A DNA stretch of 64,000 nt from the NCBI GenBank assembly GCA_965219955.1, contig OZ244799.1, forward strand, positions 3,648,001 to 3,712,000, written 5' to 3'. Of this stretch, positions 10,404-20,684 are shown one piece after another. Source of the DNA: a bacterium. Lineage in GTDB: Bacteria > UBA8248. The position numbers and the translations under genes are program-made. Under the pieces are notes generated by a model. It did no database searches, was not told where the DNA came from, and saw only the letters and a program-made list of their open reading frames with translations. Numbering within the stretch: the first letter of the stretch is position 1; each line of letters starts with the position of its first letter.

Positions 10404-11368
10404 GGGGGTTGTTGGAAAAGTCCTCGTCAGTCGGTGTTGCGGTTGTAGCAGGGACAACCCTTTGGGGTTGTCCTGCCCTCCGTGGTTGTCCTTTTGCAGG
10501 ATGGTTCGAATCAGGACAGGCACGGAGGCCTGTCCCTACGGGGCGGCGCCTCCCCGGTCGGTTCGATTGCCCCCTCATTTGTTGAAAACCAACCCCCCTA
10601 CCCCCCCTTGACGGGCTTGTTGAAAAACCTTCTCGACTGGAATTGACGAGGGGTTTCTTATGCGCCCGGATTCGGGTGTCGTTATCGAGACAACTGATGC
10701 GATTCGCCACGAAGTCGTCATTCCGGCGAAAGCCGGAATCCATTTTGACTTTTCAGCGGGCGGGGCGGCCACGGTCTTGTTGTCGCGCGGCGTCCGGATG
10801 CGGAATCCAGAAGATTCGCCTCTCGTTTTTGTGTTCGATTCTGTCCCTCGCTACCCGAGAATAAAGCCATCCGAAGGAGGAGGCGAAAAGGCAAAGGCGA
10901 AAATGGATTCCGGCTTTCGCCGGAATGACGGCCAAAACCCGAAATCGGGCGGAGGAGCAGGCGGTCACTTCCTCCTCGATAGGGTTTTTCAACACCCCCT
11001 TGACAGGGGGGTATAAAAAGGCGATGCGCCCCCACCGGGCTGAGGGGGTTTTGCTTTTTCTTGCCCCCCTGACAACGGGTTGTTGAAAAAGTCCTCCTTG
11101 GTCGGAATTGGCCTCTCCCTCATCCCGAGTAGGTCCTGTAAACCACGTCGAAACTCCATCCTCATCCCGAGTAGGCGCGCTTGCGCGCCGTATCGAGGGA
11201 GCGCCCTTCGATACGCCGCCTTCGGCGGCTACTCAGGGTGAGGCAGGTACTGTGGCCTGCAAAGCGAGGAGCACGCGTTTGTTCAAATGTCGGCTTTTTC
11301 AACAACCCCGACGGGGGTAGGGGGGGTTGGTTTTATCCCCTGAGGAGCGGGGCTATTTCAACAACCCT
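10404..11368. mobile_element. Nested composite MITE/REP element (outer element with two inner TIR-bounded insertions)
   Basis: Three pairs of TGTTG(G/A)AAA..TTTCAACA ends; inner element 10613-10999 flanked by TTGAC duplication; several palindrome types. Confidence 0.75.
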
Positions 11369-12166
11369 CTAACCGCCCGCTTCGGCCAGGAACGCATCCA
11401 CGGCCGCGTTCCACTCGGTATGGGAGCGGCGGTAGCTGTAGTGCCCCCCCTCTTCCAGAATGACGAGCTCAGAACCCGCTATCGCTTTCTGTAAGTCCTG
11501 CGCGAAATACGGCGGGGTCAAGGCGTCGTCCTTCGCGGCGATGATGAGCGCGGGCTTGTCGATCTTGTGAATCTCGGACGTCCTGTCGTGGCTGAGCGTC
11601 ATGTCGAGGCGCGCGGTGATGACCTCCACGGGCGCGATGGTGTCCTTCTGGCGCGCTTCGAGCTCCAGGAGGTTCTCGTACATGTTCACGAACTGCGTCC
11701 ACCCGCACGTCCAGAGCGAACTGAACTTGATGTATTCCTCGAGACCGTAGGCCTCGGCGATCTGCTTGCGCGAGGTCTGGAGGCGCGTCATGTAGGGGTC
11801 CGCCGTCGTCCATGTGTTGGTGAACACGCAGCAGCCTATCCGGTCGGGATAATCGAGTGCGAGATTCTGCAGTATGCACCCGCCCGTGGATGTGCCCGCC
11901 ACGTGGGCCTTCTCGATTCCCAGCGTGTCGAGCAGGGCGACCGCGTCCTGCGCGATGATGCCGGTGGAGTAGGCGTCCCTGGGCTTGTCGCTCTCTCCCG
12001 TGCCCCTGTGGTCGAAGGTGATGCAGCGGTAGCGATCCGAGAAATGGGGCATCTGGAAGTCCCAGGCGTCCAAAAGGCCCATGAGGCCGGGGATGAACAG
12101 GAACGCCTCCCCCTCTCCTTGCTCCGCGTAGTTGAGCTGGATATCACCGGCTTGAATGCGTGGCAT
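11369..12166 (-). CDS. Alpha/beta hydrolase (RutD/PcaD-like)
   Basis: FDHRGTGES, nucleophile elbow GTSTGG, catalytic GGH. Confidence 0.85.
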   Translation of the reverse strand: MPRIQAGDIQLNYAEQGEGEAFLFIPGLMGLLDAWDFQMPHFSDRYRCITFDHRGTGESDKPRDAYSTGIIAQDAVALLDTLGIEKAHVAGTSTGGCILQNLALDYPDRIGCCVFTNTWTTADPYMTRLQTSRKQIAEAYGLEEYIKFSSLWTCGWTQFVNMYENLLELEARQKDTIAPVEVITARLDMTLSHDRTSEIHKIDKPALIIAAKDDALTPPYFAQDLQKAIAGSELVILEEGGHYSYRRSHTEWNAAVDAFLAEAGG

Positions 12167-12183
12167 GATTTCTCCTTATCAGT

Positions 12184-13197
12184 TTATTCGTTCTCGTCGT
12201 TCAGGATTTCGGCCACCTCCACGCGGCGTCCCTCTTTCGCTGAGCGCACGCCCGCGCGGATGACGGCGAGAGAGGACACGGCGGCGTCGCCTTCCATCTC
12301 GGGAGGCGCGCCTCCGCGCACGGCGTCCGCGAATTCCTCGAGTTCTTCGGTGATGGTGTCGTTCTTATCGCACGCCACCGCCTGCGGCGCCTTCTCTCCC
12401 CGGTAGAGGACGCGCAGGCCGTCGAATAGCGTGTAGTAGGCCGTGGCCGTCTTCCCGTAGATGTTCATGAGGTAATACTCCGACGCCGAGGCGTAGCTCG
12501 CCGTCAGGTTCGAGATGGCGCCCGATTCGTGCTCCAGGATGAGGTTCGCCACGTCGGGGTTGTCGCCGGGCAGGACGAGTTGCGCCGTCCGGCCCGAGAC
12601 GGCGGCGACCGGCCCCATGAGGTAGGTCAGCACGTCGGCGTAGTGGATGCCGATCTGGAGCATGACGCCGCCCGGCATGGCGTCGGCCTGGTAGCGCCAG
12701 TGGCCGGGTTCGAACTGGCCCTCCCTGTCCCTGCTGATGTTGCACTCCGCCTGCACGAGCCTGCCGAACTCGCCCGCGTCTATCTTCTCCCTGATCCAGC
12801 GGAAGTGGTTCTCCCGCCGCCTCTGGTAGCCGATGGCGAGCACCACGCCGGCGTCTGCGCAGGCGCGGGTGAGCGCCTTGCCGTCCGCGACCGTGTGAGC
12901 GATGGGTTTGTCGAGAAAAACGTGCTTGCCCGCCTCGGCCGCCGCTTTCGTGGATTCGAGGTGCACGTGGTTCGGCGTGGTGTTGATGATGGCCTCGATA
13001 GAGTCGTCCGCCAGAATTTCCTCATAGCTGCCCGCCGGCTCGCAGCCGTATTTTTTGGCGAAGGCCGCGCGCTTGTCTTCGGAGCGCGTGAAGCAGGCGG
13101 CTATCTCGATCTTGTCGGTTCTGCCGATAGCATCCGCCAGAACGTCCGACCACCAGCCCATGCCGAGCGAGGCCACTCTCAGGGGTTTTGAACTCAT
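12184..13197 (-). CDS. Gfo/Idh/MocA family oxidoreductase
   Basis: GMGWW Rossmann start, TPNHVH, GKHVFLDKP, GIHYAD. Confidence 0.9.
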   Translation of the reverse strand: MSSKPLRVASLGMGWWSDVLADAIGRTDKIEIAACFTRSEDKRAAFAKKYGCEPAGSYEEILADDSIEAIINTTPNHVHLESTKAAAEAGKHVFLDKPIAHTVADGKALTRACADAGVVLAIGYQRRRENHFRWIREKIDAGEFGRLVQAECNISRDREGQFEPGHWRYQADAMPGGVMLQIGIHYADVLTYLMGPVAAVSGRTAQLVLPGDNPDVANLILEHESGAISNLTASYASASEYYLMNIYGKTATAYYTLFDGLRVLYRGEKAPQAVACDKNDTITEELEEFADAVRGGAPPEMEGDAAVSSLAVIRAGVRSAKEGRRVEVAEILNDENE

Positions 13198-13288
13198 TGT
13201 CGGTATGGCTCCTTCATATACGAAGACTGGAAAAACGAATCATGTTTTTGGGGTTTCCTGAAAATCCGCCCGAAGCGATGCCGTGAAA

Positions 13289-13726
13289 TCAGAAAGAAGC
13301 GCCCACGGCCTCCACGGCCACGCGCGCGATGGCCTCGTCCTGCTCCCAGTCGCCCCCGCTCACGCCGATGCCGCCCAGGCACTCGCCCTCGTAGAGAATC
13401 GGGAACCCGCCCTCCATCGCCGTCCACCGCTCGGGGCCGGCGGCGAGGGCCAGGCCCAGCGCGTGGGCGGTGTCCAGATGCTGGGCCTGCGCGCCCTGCG
13501 TGGTGGTGGGCCGCTTGTTCGAGGCCGAACAGACCGCCTTGGTGGTGGATGAGTGGACGGTGTGGAAGCGCCCGCCGTCCATGCGCTCGAGCAGGACGAG
13601 GTGTCCGCCCGCATCGGCGATGGCCACGGTGACGGGGATGCCGAACTCCTCCGCCTTGGCGATGGCGGCGGCCATCATCTGCTTGGCCCCCTTGGTGGTG
13701 AGTCGATGGGTCCGGGCGAATGGCAT
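13289..13726 (-). CDS. GlcG/HbpS-family heme-binding protein
   Basis: VAIADAGG, ERMDG, GGFPI, GGIGVSGG..EQDE. Confidence 0.9.
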   Translation of the reverse strand: MPFARTHRLTTKGAKQMMAAAIAKAEEFGIPVTVAIADAGGHLVLLERMDGGRFHTVHSSTTKAVCSASNKRPTTTQGAQAQHLDTAHALGLALAAGPERWTAMEGGFPILYEGECLGGIGVSGGDWEQDEAIARVAVEAVGASF

Positions 13727-13899
13727 GAGTCGGTCTCCTATGAATTCCGTGAAGCGGTCGAATTTTCTTCTCTTTTAGCAATTCATCCCCCTTTTGTCGA
13801 TGATTCGGGTCTTGCGCGCGGGTTTGTTGCAAAAGCTGATTTCGTGATTCGGCGTATGTAGCCGACCGGAGAGGTAAGATACATCTCTCCTCCCTTGAG

Positions 13900-14190
13900 T
13901 GGGCTGTTGAAAAACCCCTCTCCGCCTCATCTTGAGTAGCGGCCCCTCGACTTCGCTCGGGACAGGCTCCGCCGTTCCCCGACACCCCTCATCCTGAGTA
14001 GGCGCGTAAGCGCCGTATCGAAGGTCAAACGCGATTGATGAATGAGCGTTTGCTCTCGTCCCGGCGCGAGCCCCTCGCCCTTCGATACGCCGCCTTCGGC
14101 GGCTACTCAGGGTGAGGAAAGAGTCGTTGGCGGTTTGCGGGGGTCGCAGACGGGGCTTATTCAACAACCCACTCAAGGGGGGAGTGATTG
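13900..14190. repeat. TIR-bounded repeat carrying CTCATCCTGAGTAG...CTACTCAGGGTGAG palindrome module
   Basis: GGGCTGTTGAAAAACC at 13901 and TTATTCAACAACCC near 14157-14170; the same internal module occurs at 11119-11243. Confidence 0.7.
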
Positions 14191-14381
14191 TTCCCACTCT
14201 CGCCGGCCGGCTACGACCCTCAAAAGAGGAGTCGTTTCATAAGCGTATGTCGATGGAGAATTCCACTCGCTGTTTTTGGGGCATTTTTTTAACGGCCTCA
14301 CGTCCGCCCCGCCCTTGCGACGGAGCAGAGCCTCCTCCATCATGCGCGCGGCTCAGTGTTTTCAAGATAGAGGGGAACCCG

Positions 14382-15155
14382 GTGTCAGGCCTCGTTTCGT
14401 TCATCGAAGAGACCGCGCGCAAGGCGGGCGCGCGCGCGGTGGAGTTGTCCGGCTGCGTGGAGGCCGAACCCAAGGGGCGGAGCATCGTCTCGCGCGCCGA
14501 CAGGGAGGCCGAGGGCGTCATCATCGAGGCGATTCGGGGGGCGTATCCAGGCGACCCCATACTCGCGGAAGAAAGCGGCGTGAGCGGCTCAGGCGATATC
14601 GGCCCGGATACCCGCTGGTGGGCGATAGACCCCATCGACGGCACGGGGCCTTATCTCAAGGGACTCCCCTTCTGGGCTGTCTCCATTGCGTGTCTCAGAG
14701 GCTCTCGCGTGGAAGCGGGCGTCGTTCACATGCCCGCGATGGGGGAGACCTTCACCGCATCGGCTTCAGGCCCCGCGATGAGAAACGGCGCGCCGCTGCC
14801 GCAAGTCGATCAGAGGGCTCCCAACGCGCATGATTATCTCTTCATTCCGTGCGGTGTGGTGGCGGGCCTCTCTCATCGCTATCCGGGGCGCTTTCTCGCG
14901 CTGGCCTCCGCCGCCTGCCATATCTGCCTGACGGCGGCGGGTTCGGCCTTCGGTACGCTGATGGAGCCGATACGCGCGTATGACTTCGCCGCAGCCGCCC
15001 TCGTCTACGAGCGCGCGGGCGGAAGGGTGCGCTACCTTTCGGGAGCGGAGATCGACTACGCCGCTTTGGCCGCCGGCCGCCGGGCGCCCGAGCCCGTCCT
15101 CGCAGCACCCGCGGCGCAAATCGACTGGCTGAAAGAAAGAGTATTTTGGGAGTAG
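14382..15155 (+). CDS. Inositol monophosphatase family protein
   Basis: LAEES, IDPIDGT, YDFAAA; GTG start at 14382 after GAGGGG chosen over the longer ORF, which starts in repeat DNA. Confidence 0.85.
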   Translation: MSGLVSFIEETARKAGARAVELSGCVEAEPKGRSIVSRADREAEGVIIEAIRGAYPGDPILAEESGVSGSGDIGPDTRWWAIDPIDGTGPYLKGLPFWAVSIACLRGSRVEAGVVHMPAMGETFTASASGPAMRNGAPLPQVDQRAPNAHDYLFIPCGVVAGLSHRYPGRFLALASAACHICLTAAGSAFGTLMEPIRAYDFAAAALVYERAGGRVRYLSGAEIDYAALAAGRRAPEPVLAAPAAQIDWLKERVFWE

Positions 15156-15156
15156 T

Positions 15157-15496
15157 GTGGGGGGAGGACACACAGGCCCTCCCCTGCGACAGCGGCGCGT
15201 TCTCGCCGTAGGGACAGGTCGCGACCTTGGGCCGTTCACAATAACGGCCCACTACAGGGGTTGTTTCCCCAAAAAACCTGGAGTATCCACCGTCATTCCG
15301 GCGAAAGCCGGAATCCATTTGCGGATACGGGTGTATGAACGACGGCGTTTCATTTCCCGCTGATGCGCGAGAATCCTGATAAAAGGCAAAAGGCGTAAAG
15401 TGGATTCCGGGCAATCCCTCCCTCCTCGGTCGGCATTGATTGCCGGAATGACGGCGGTGGTCAATTCCGAGTGAGAAGGACTTTTTCAACAACCCT
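15157..15496. repeat. Intergenic REP cluster plus TIR-bounded GTCATTCCGGCGAAAGCCGGAATCC inverted pair
   Basis: Inverted copies near 15290 and 15401-15452; right end GACTTTTTCAACAACCCT. Confidence 0.7.
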
Positions 15497-15507
15497 TTAC
15501 GCCAGGC

Positions 15508-16311
15508 CTACATCCACATGCCCGCGCGCTGCATCATCTGGTCGAGCTGGAAGCTCACGCGGTCCGCGCACTCGAACGGCGTCGTGTGGCCAGCACCTTC
15601 GACCAACTCGATGACGGAGTCGCCCAGCCCCTCGTGCAGGGCGGTCATCTGCGCGTGCGGCACCAGCGCGTCGCCCGTGCCGCCGAACACCAAGCAGGGA
15701 ACGGCGATTTCGCCCAGGCGCGGCGTCAGTTCCTCGCGTCTCCTGAGCGCGTCGATGAGCAAGGCGATGGAATCGGGAACCTGGGAGAGCACGACCTTCT
15801 GCGTGGCCTCGATTTCGAGCGGATGGGAGGCGATGTAGTCGGGCGCGAACAGGCTCTCGAGAAAATGCCCGGCGAAGCCCGCCATCCCCTCGTCGATGAC
15901 GGTCTGCATGTGCTGCAGCCGCACCTTTTTTCCCTCTTCGGTATCCGCTGTCGCCCGTGTGCTGATGAACCCGCACGCGCGCACCTTGAGCGGGTGGCGG
16001 AGCACCATCTCGAGCAGGATGTATCCGCCGAGCGAAAAGCCCGCCACGGCGGCGGCGCCAATATCGAGCGCGCCCAGGAACGCCGCCATGTCGTCCGCCA
16101 TCATCGCGACCGTGATTTGTCCGCCCGTGTGCGGCGTCCGCCCCATGCCGCGCAGGTCGGGGACCAGGACGCGGTAGCTTCTTTGCAGGGCTTCCACCTG
16201 CGGCGCCCAGATGGTGTGATCCAGCGAAAAGCCGTGCAGGAGCAGGAGCGGCGGCCCGCTCCCCGATTCCTGGTAGGCGATATCGATTCCGTTTGCGGAT
16301 ACGGTTTTCAT
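15508..16311 (-). CDS. Alpha/beta hydrolase (3-oxoadipate enol-lactonase-like)
   Basis: LLHGF, PDLRGMG, GFSLGG, GAGH; probable start MKTVS. Confidence 0.85.
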   Translation of the reverse strand: MKTVSANGIDIAYQESGSGPPLLLLHGFSLDHTIWAPQVEALQRSYRVLVPDLRGMGRTPHTGGQITVAMMADDMAAFLGALDIGAAAVAGFSLGGYILLEMVLRHPLKVRACGFISTRATADTEEGKKVRLQHMQTVIDEGMAGFAGHFLESLFAPDYIASHPLEIEATQKVVLSQVPDSIALLIDALRRREELTPRLGEIAVPCLVFGGTGDALVPHAQMTALHEGLGDSVIELVEGAGHTTPFECADRVSFQLDQMMQRAGMWM

Positions 16312-16452
16312 GGCGCGCTCCCATCGTGTCTGAACCGGCTCAAGACGCCGAGTTGTCTTTAGAGGCCCCGATTCTAGCACACGAGCAGAGACGCCGGAAC
16401 GCCGGGAGGGAAGGAGGCTTAAGGCGGGTTGGCTCTCAGGCCTGCTGGTTTC

Positions 16453-17733
16453 TCACTCCGCCCAATCCACCACAGGCAGTGACATCAGGGAGAATTCACC
16501 GAGGGCGAGTTCGATCTCCTCGCGCACCCAGGCGTCTCTTTCGACTTCGAGCCTGGCCTCCAGGGCGAAGCGCGGGCGCTCCTCGCGCACTCTTTTGCCG
16601 ACCCGGGCGAGCGCCCAGGCGGCGTGGCCGCGGGCCAGGGGTTCGCGGTGCTCCAGCGCGCGGGCGAGATGCGAGATGCTCTCGGCGCCTCCCGTGTTGC
16701 CGATGGCGACGATGACGTTCCTCAAAAACCCCCCGTAGCGCGCGCGCATGACGGGCGTGCCGCGAAACGCCTTCTGGAACTGCCGCTCGTCCATCGCGGC
16801 GAACTCGTGCAACTGCGGATCCAGCGCCGCCGGGCGGGGGTCGAACCGCGGCTCGCGCGCATGGGGCGCGTCGTCGTTCCAGGGGCACACCTCCTGGCAG
16901 ATGTCGCACCCGAAAATGTGCGCGCCCACCGGAGCGCGGAGCTCTCGGGGTATCGGGCCTCTGAGTTCGATGGTGAGATAGGAGATGCAGCGCCGGGCGT
17001 CCACCACGCCGGGCGCGACGATGGCGTTCGTCGGACAATCGTCGATGCACCGGGTGCACGTGCCGCAGTGCTCCTCATAAAAGGGCGTGTCCGGCTCCAG
17101 CGCCCTGTTCAGGAGAAGACACCCCAGGAAGAAATAACTCCCAAGCCGACGTGAGAGCAGGAGCGAGTTCTTCCCTTTCCAGCCGAGGCCCGCGAGGACG
17201 GCCAGGTCGCGCTCGAGCAGGGGGCCGGTATCCACGTAGCTTCTGCCCTCGACGCCGGGGTCGAGTTCTTTCAGATCGCGCAGGACGCGGATGAGCCTTT
17301 TCTTCATGAACTTGTGGTAGTCCCCGCCGTGGGCGTAGCGCGCGATTTTGCCTTGGCCTTCCGCGTGGGGCGTCTCGTGCTCGGGCTTGTACTGCATGGC
17401 GACGACCAGGACGGCGCGCGTCTCCGGCCAGAGGCGGCGCAAATCCCCGCGCACGTAGGGGTTTCTGCTCAGGTAGCTCATCTCGCCCGCGTAGCCTCGT
17501 TCGATCCACTCAAGGTACCGTCCGTGCGCCTCGCCCAGGCCGGGCGGGGCGACGGCGGCCAGATCGAAGCCGTGTGAGAGCGCGCATTCCTTGGCGGCGC
17601 TGGTGAGTTCGCCCGCGCTCATTCGGCTCTCTCCCGTCTGCGCGGGGTCTGCGCCAAGGTCTTCAGGATGCGCGTTCGGGCGGGCGTCGGCCATCTCTTC
17701 TCCAGGTGATTTCGGATAAGTCTCGTGAACCAC
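16453..17733 (-). CDS. queG: tRNA epoxyqueuosine(34) reductase
   Basis: DYH, VDTGPLLER, GWKGKN, CGTCTRCIDDCPT, GCDICQEVCPWN, C-terminal HEAT-like repeat; start uncertain. Confidence 0.95.
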   Translation of the reverse strand: MVHETYPKSPGEEMADARPNAHPEDLGADPAQTGESRMSAGELTSAAKECALSHGFDLAAVAPPGLGEAHGRYLEWIERGYAGEMSYLSRNPYVRGDLRRLWPETRAVLVVAMQYKPEHETPHAEGQGKIARYAHGGDYHKFMKKRLIRVLRDLKELDPGVEGRSYVDTGPLLERDLAVLAGLGWKGKNSLLLSRRLGSYFFLGCLLLNRALEPDTPFYEEHCGTCTRCIDDCPTNAIVAPGVVDARRCISYLTIELRGPIPRELRAPVGAHIFGCDICQEVCPWNDDAPHAREPRFDPRPAALDPQLHEFAAMDERQFQKAFRGTPVMRARYGGFLRNVIVAIGNTGGAESISHLARALEHREPLARGHAAWALARVGKRVREERPRFALEARLEVERDAWVREEIELALGEFSLMSLPVVDWAE

Positions 17734-17872
17734 CGATCTTGGCGGGCGGGCGGCTCCGTGTCAACAATTGCGCCGAGAAGAGTTTTTTTGTTATCCATGC
17801 GGGAGATTTGGTGGTATGTAATGGTTCGTTTTCGTTCCAGGCGTTTCATCGCCCGCAAAAGGAAAAACCGAG

Positions 17873-18580
17873 TTGAACGGCAAGACGAAAATCCTGTGGA
17901 CGGCGGGGTTGTGCCTGCTGGCGGCGGCGCTGCTCGCCTACCTCTTCCGGGGGCAGATAGACGACGCCTGGGCGTACCTGGTGAAGCTCCAGGACGAGAA
18001 AGAGAGGTTCAGGGACTGGATTTATTCCTACGGCGCCTGGGGTCCGGTCGTGTTCGTCGGCGTGCAGGTGCTCCAGGTGGTTTTCTCCCCCATACCGGGG
18101 GAGTTGACGGGATTTCTGGGCGGCTACGTCTACGGCGCGCTCACGGCGACGATCCTGAGCACCATCGGCCTGACGATAGGCAGTTTTCTCGCGTTCTGCA
18201 TCGGGCGAAGGCTGGGCCGCCCCTTCGTGGAAAAACTCATCCCGCCCAAAATTCTCGATAAATTCGATTTCCTCATCACGAACAGGGGCGCTTTTCTCGC
18301 CTTTATCTTCTTCTCGATTCCCGGCTTTCCCAAGGACTACATGTGCTACCTGCTGGGCCTGAGCCCGCTGGGGACCCTGACGTTCGTGATCGTCGCCTTT
18401 CTGGGCAGAATCCCCGGCACCATCATGCTGGGGGTCCAGGGAGCCGGGATGTACGAGGAGCAATACGGGATGGTGGTCGCGCTTCTCATCGTCGCTGTCG
18501 TGGCCGGGGCGGCGGCCGTCTACTTCCAGGAGTCTTTGAGAGAATGGCTCAAGGAAAAGGCCGGCCGGGGTGAGACGTAA
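17873..18580 (+). CDS. TVP38/TMEM64 (VTT/DedA) family membrane protein
   Basis: QVVFSPIPGE, IPGFPKD..CYLLG, GRIPG. Confidence 0.9.
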   Translation: MNGKTKILWTAGLCLLAAALLAYLFRGQIDDAWAYLVKLQDEKERFRDWIYSYGAWGPVVFVGVQVLQVVFSPIPGELTGFLGGYVYGALTATILSTIGLTIGSFLAFCIGRRLGRPFVEKLIPPKILDKFDFLITNRGAFLAFIFFSIPGFPKDYMCYLLGLSPLGTLTFVIVAFLGRIPGTIMLGVQGAGMYEEQYGMVVALLIVAVVAGAAAVYFQESLREWLKEKAGRGET

Positions 18581-18595
18581 GGCGCATCGAGAACG

Positions 18596-18998
18596 GCCAC
18601 GGGGGGCCGCCCCTGCGTGTCCCGTGCTTTTCGAATCGAACCCGCAGGGACAGGCCCCTGCGCCTGTCCTTATGGGCTTTTTCAACAGCCCCCTTGAAGA
18701 AGGAACCTGTAGGGGCGGTTCGCGAACCGCCCCTGCGCCACCTCTATTCACAGATCATCGTCATTCCGGCGAAAGCCGGAATCCATTTGCGGGTGCGCGT
18801 GAATGAGCGGGGCCGTTTCAATCCCCGCCGATGCGCAGGAACCCTAAAGAAAGGCAAAAGGCGTAAAATGGATTCCGGCTTTCGCCGGAATGACGGCCCT
18901 GGGGACAGGCCTCCGTACCTGCCCTGACGAGGGACAACCACGGAGGGTTGTCCCTACAACCGCCAATCTTCCTTTATCGGACTTTTTCAACAACCCCC
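18596..18998. repeat. Composite REP/MITE cluster
   Basis: GTAGGGGCGGTTCGCGAACCGCCC, inverted GTCATTCCGG pair (18760-18895), two TTTTTCAACA ends. Confidence 0.7.
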
Positions 18999-19029
18999 AT
19001 TGCCGTGGTTCGGCAACAATCCCTGCTTT

Positions 19030-19914
19030 TTATGACACGCCCAGATAGAGCAGAAGCAGGGGTATGATGACAAGGCTCAGCGCCGTGCCCGTGAACACGA
19101 TGGAGGCGGCCAGGGAACCTTCCTCGCTGTAGCGTTCGGCGAAAATGTAGTTCAATACGGCGGGCGGGCTGCACGACATCAGGAAGAGCGAAGCGCGGAA
19201 CGCGCCCGTGAGCGCAAAGGCTTCACACAGCACCCAGGCGAGCGCGAACCCGAGCCCGAACCGGAGCGCCGCCACGAAGAGGCTTACACGGAAATCAGAC
19301 GCCCGGATGGAGCGGAGCCTGTAGCCCAGCGTGAAGAGCTCCACCGGGAACATGCCGCGCCCGGTCAGGTGCGAGAAGCGCAGGATGAATTTGGGCACGG
19401 GGATCGCCGCCATCGCCACGGCGATGCCCGCAATCGCCGCGTAGAGGGCGGGCATCTTGAGCGGCTCCCTGACGTCGGCGCGCCCGCCGTATGCCATGAT
19501 CCCCAGCGTGAAGGAGATGAACACGTTCGGTATGGAGAGCAGCACCGTCTGGGCGAGGCCCTCCTCGCCGAAGGCCAGAAGCGCCAGGGGATAGGGCAGC
19601 GAGACGGAGTTCATGAGCATCACGCTGGGCACGAAGGAGCGATGCGTCATGCCCGTCGCGCGCTTGATGGCCCAGGCGACCAGGCCCGGGATGACCTGTA
19701 TGAGCGTGGAGAAGACGCCCGCCTTGATCAACTCATCCCACATGATGTGCTGGCGCGCGAGTGCGTCGAACATCACGGCGGGGGCGAGCAGGAACAGGAC
19801 GAGCTCGGCCAGGACCCTGGGGTCGAACTTTTTCCACCGGCCGTAGAGGAAGCCGATGCCGATCACCGCCATGACCGGGAAGACGATGTTCAAAAGCGGC
19901 GTAATGTTGGACAT
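19030..19914 (-). CDS. AEC (auxin efflux carrier) family transporter
   Basis: About 10 TM segments; NSVSLPYPL..FGEEG, SPPAVLNY. Confidence 0.85.
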   Translation of the reverse strand: MSNITPLLNIVFPVMAVIGIGFLYGRWKKFDPRVLAELVLFLLAPAVMFDALARQHIMWDELIKAGVFSTLIQVIPGLVAWAIKRATGMTHRSFVPSVMLMNSVSLPYPLALLAFGEEGLAQTVLLSIPNVFISFTLGIMAYGGRADVREPLKMPALYAAIAGIAVAMAAIPVPKFILRFSHLTGRGMFPVELFTLGYRLRSIRASDFRVSLFVAALRFGLGFALAWVLCEAFALTGAFRASLFLMSCSPPAVLNYIFAERYSEEGSLAASIVFTGTALSLVIIPLLLLYLGVS

Positions 19915-20073
19915 ACGCTTCGGGAGAATCCTCTTTGTTGCGCAAAAGAGGCAGAGTATACATACCGCCCCTTCGGGTGGCCACCCCTTTCAGGCGGCTG
20001 CCCCGGTGGGGCGACCGCTCCGCCGGGCGGGCGCGAGAGGCGAGACGCGCTTGCGGATGAACATCCTCGCTGG

Positions 20074-20539
20074 CGGGGGTTGTTGAAAAAGTCTCCCTCC
20101 TCAGGGGATAAGGGCAACCCCCCCTACCCCCCCTTGTCAGGGGGGCAAGAAAAAACAAAAGCCCCTCAACCGGCGGCGGACGTCGCCTTTTCATACCCCT
20201 CCCCCGACAAGGGGGCGTTCTTTTTTTACCCCCCTGCCAAGGGGGGGGTAGGGGGGGTTGGTTTTCGAGGCGAGAACCTGCGCCTCCGCCCGGTTTCGGG
20301 TTTTGGCTGTCATTCCGGTGGAGGAGCCGACCGCAGAGGGGTGCGATGATTTTGTAGGGACAGGCCTCCGTGCCTGTCCTGCTCTCCGTGGTTCTCCTTC
20401 GTCAGGACAGGCACGGAGGCCTGTCCCTACGGTAAACAATTCGATGTTCGGGATGCCCTCCCTTCCTCGGGAGGACTTTTAGGGCAGCCCCGACAAGGGG
20501 GGAGTGATTCCTCTCTCCTCGGGGTTTTTCAACAGCCCC
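20074..20539. mobile_element. Composite MITE, uninterrupted reverse-oriented relative of 10404-11368
   Basis: Ends GGGGTTGTTGAAAAAG / TTTTTCAACAGCCCC; carries CCCCCTACCCCCCCTTGTCAGGGGGG and GTAGGGACAGGC modules. Confidence 0.75.
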
Positions 20540-20684
20540 TTGCTGGCGTCTTTCTCCTTTGCGGGGGCGCGTCGCTTGCGCCTGGAAGAATTTGCGCACG
20601 GGCGCGGGGACGCGGTAGCCTGCGAATGCGTTCTCATACGAGTCGTGTTCTCGTTTTCTTGATTTCCGGGAGGGGTTCTGAAAG

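Noticed and set aside
10575-11372. Short ORFs containing WIPAFAGMT / MDSGFRRND / VIPAKAGI
   Set aside because: Translations of the palindromic repeats, recurring at every cluster.
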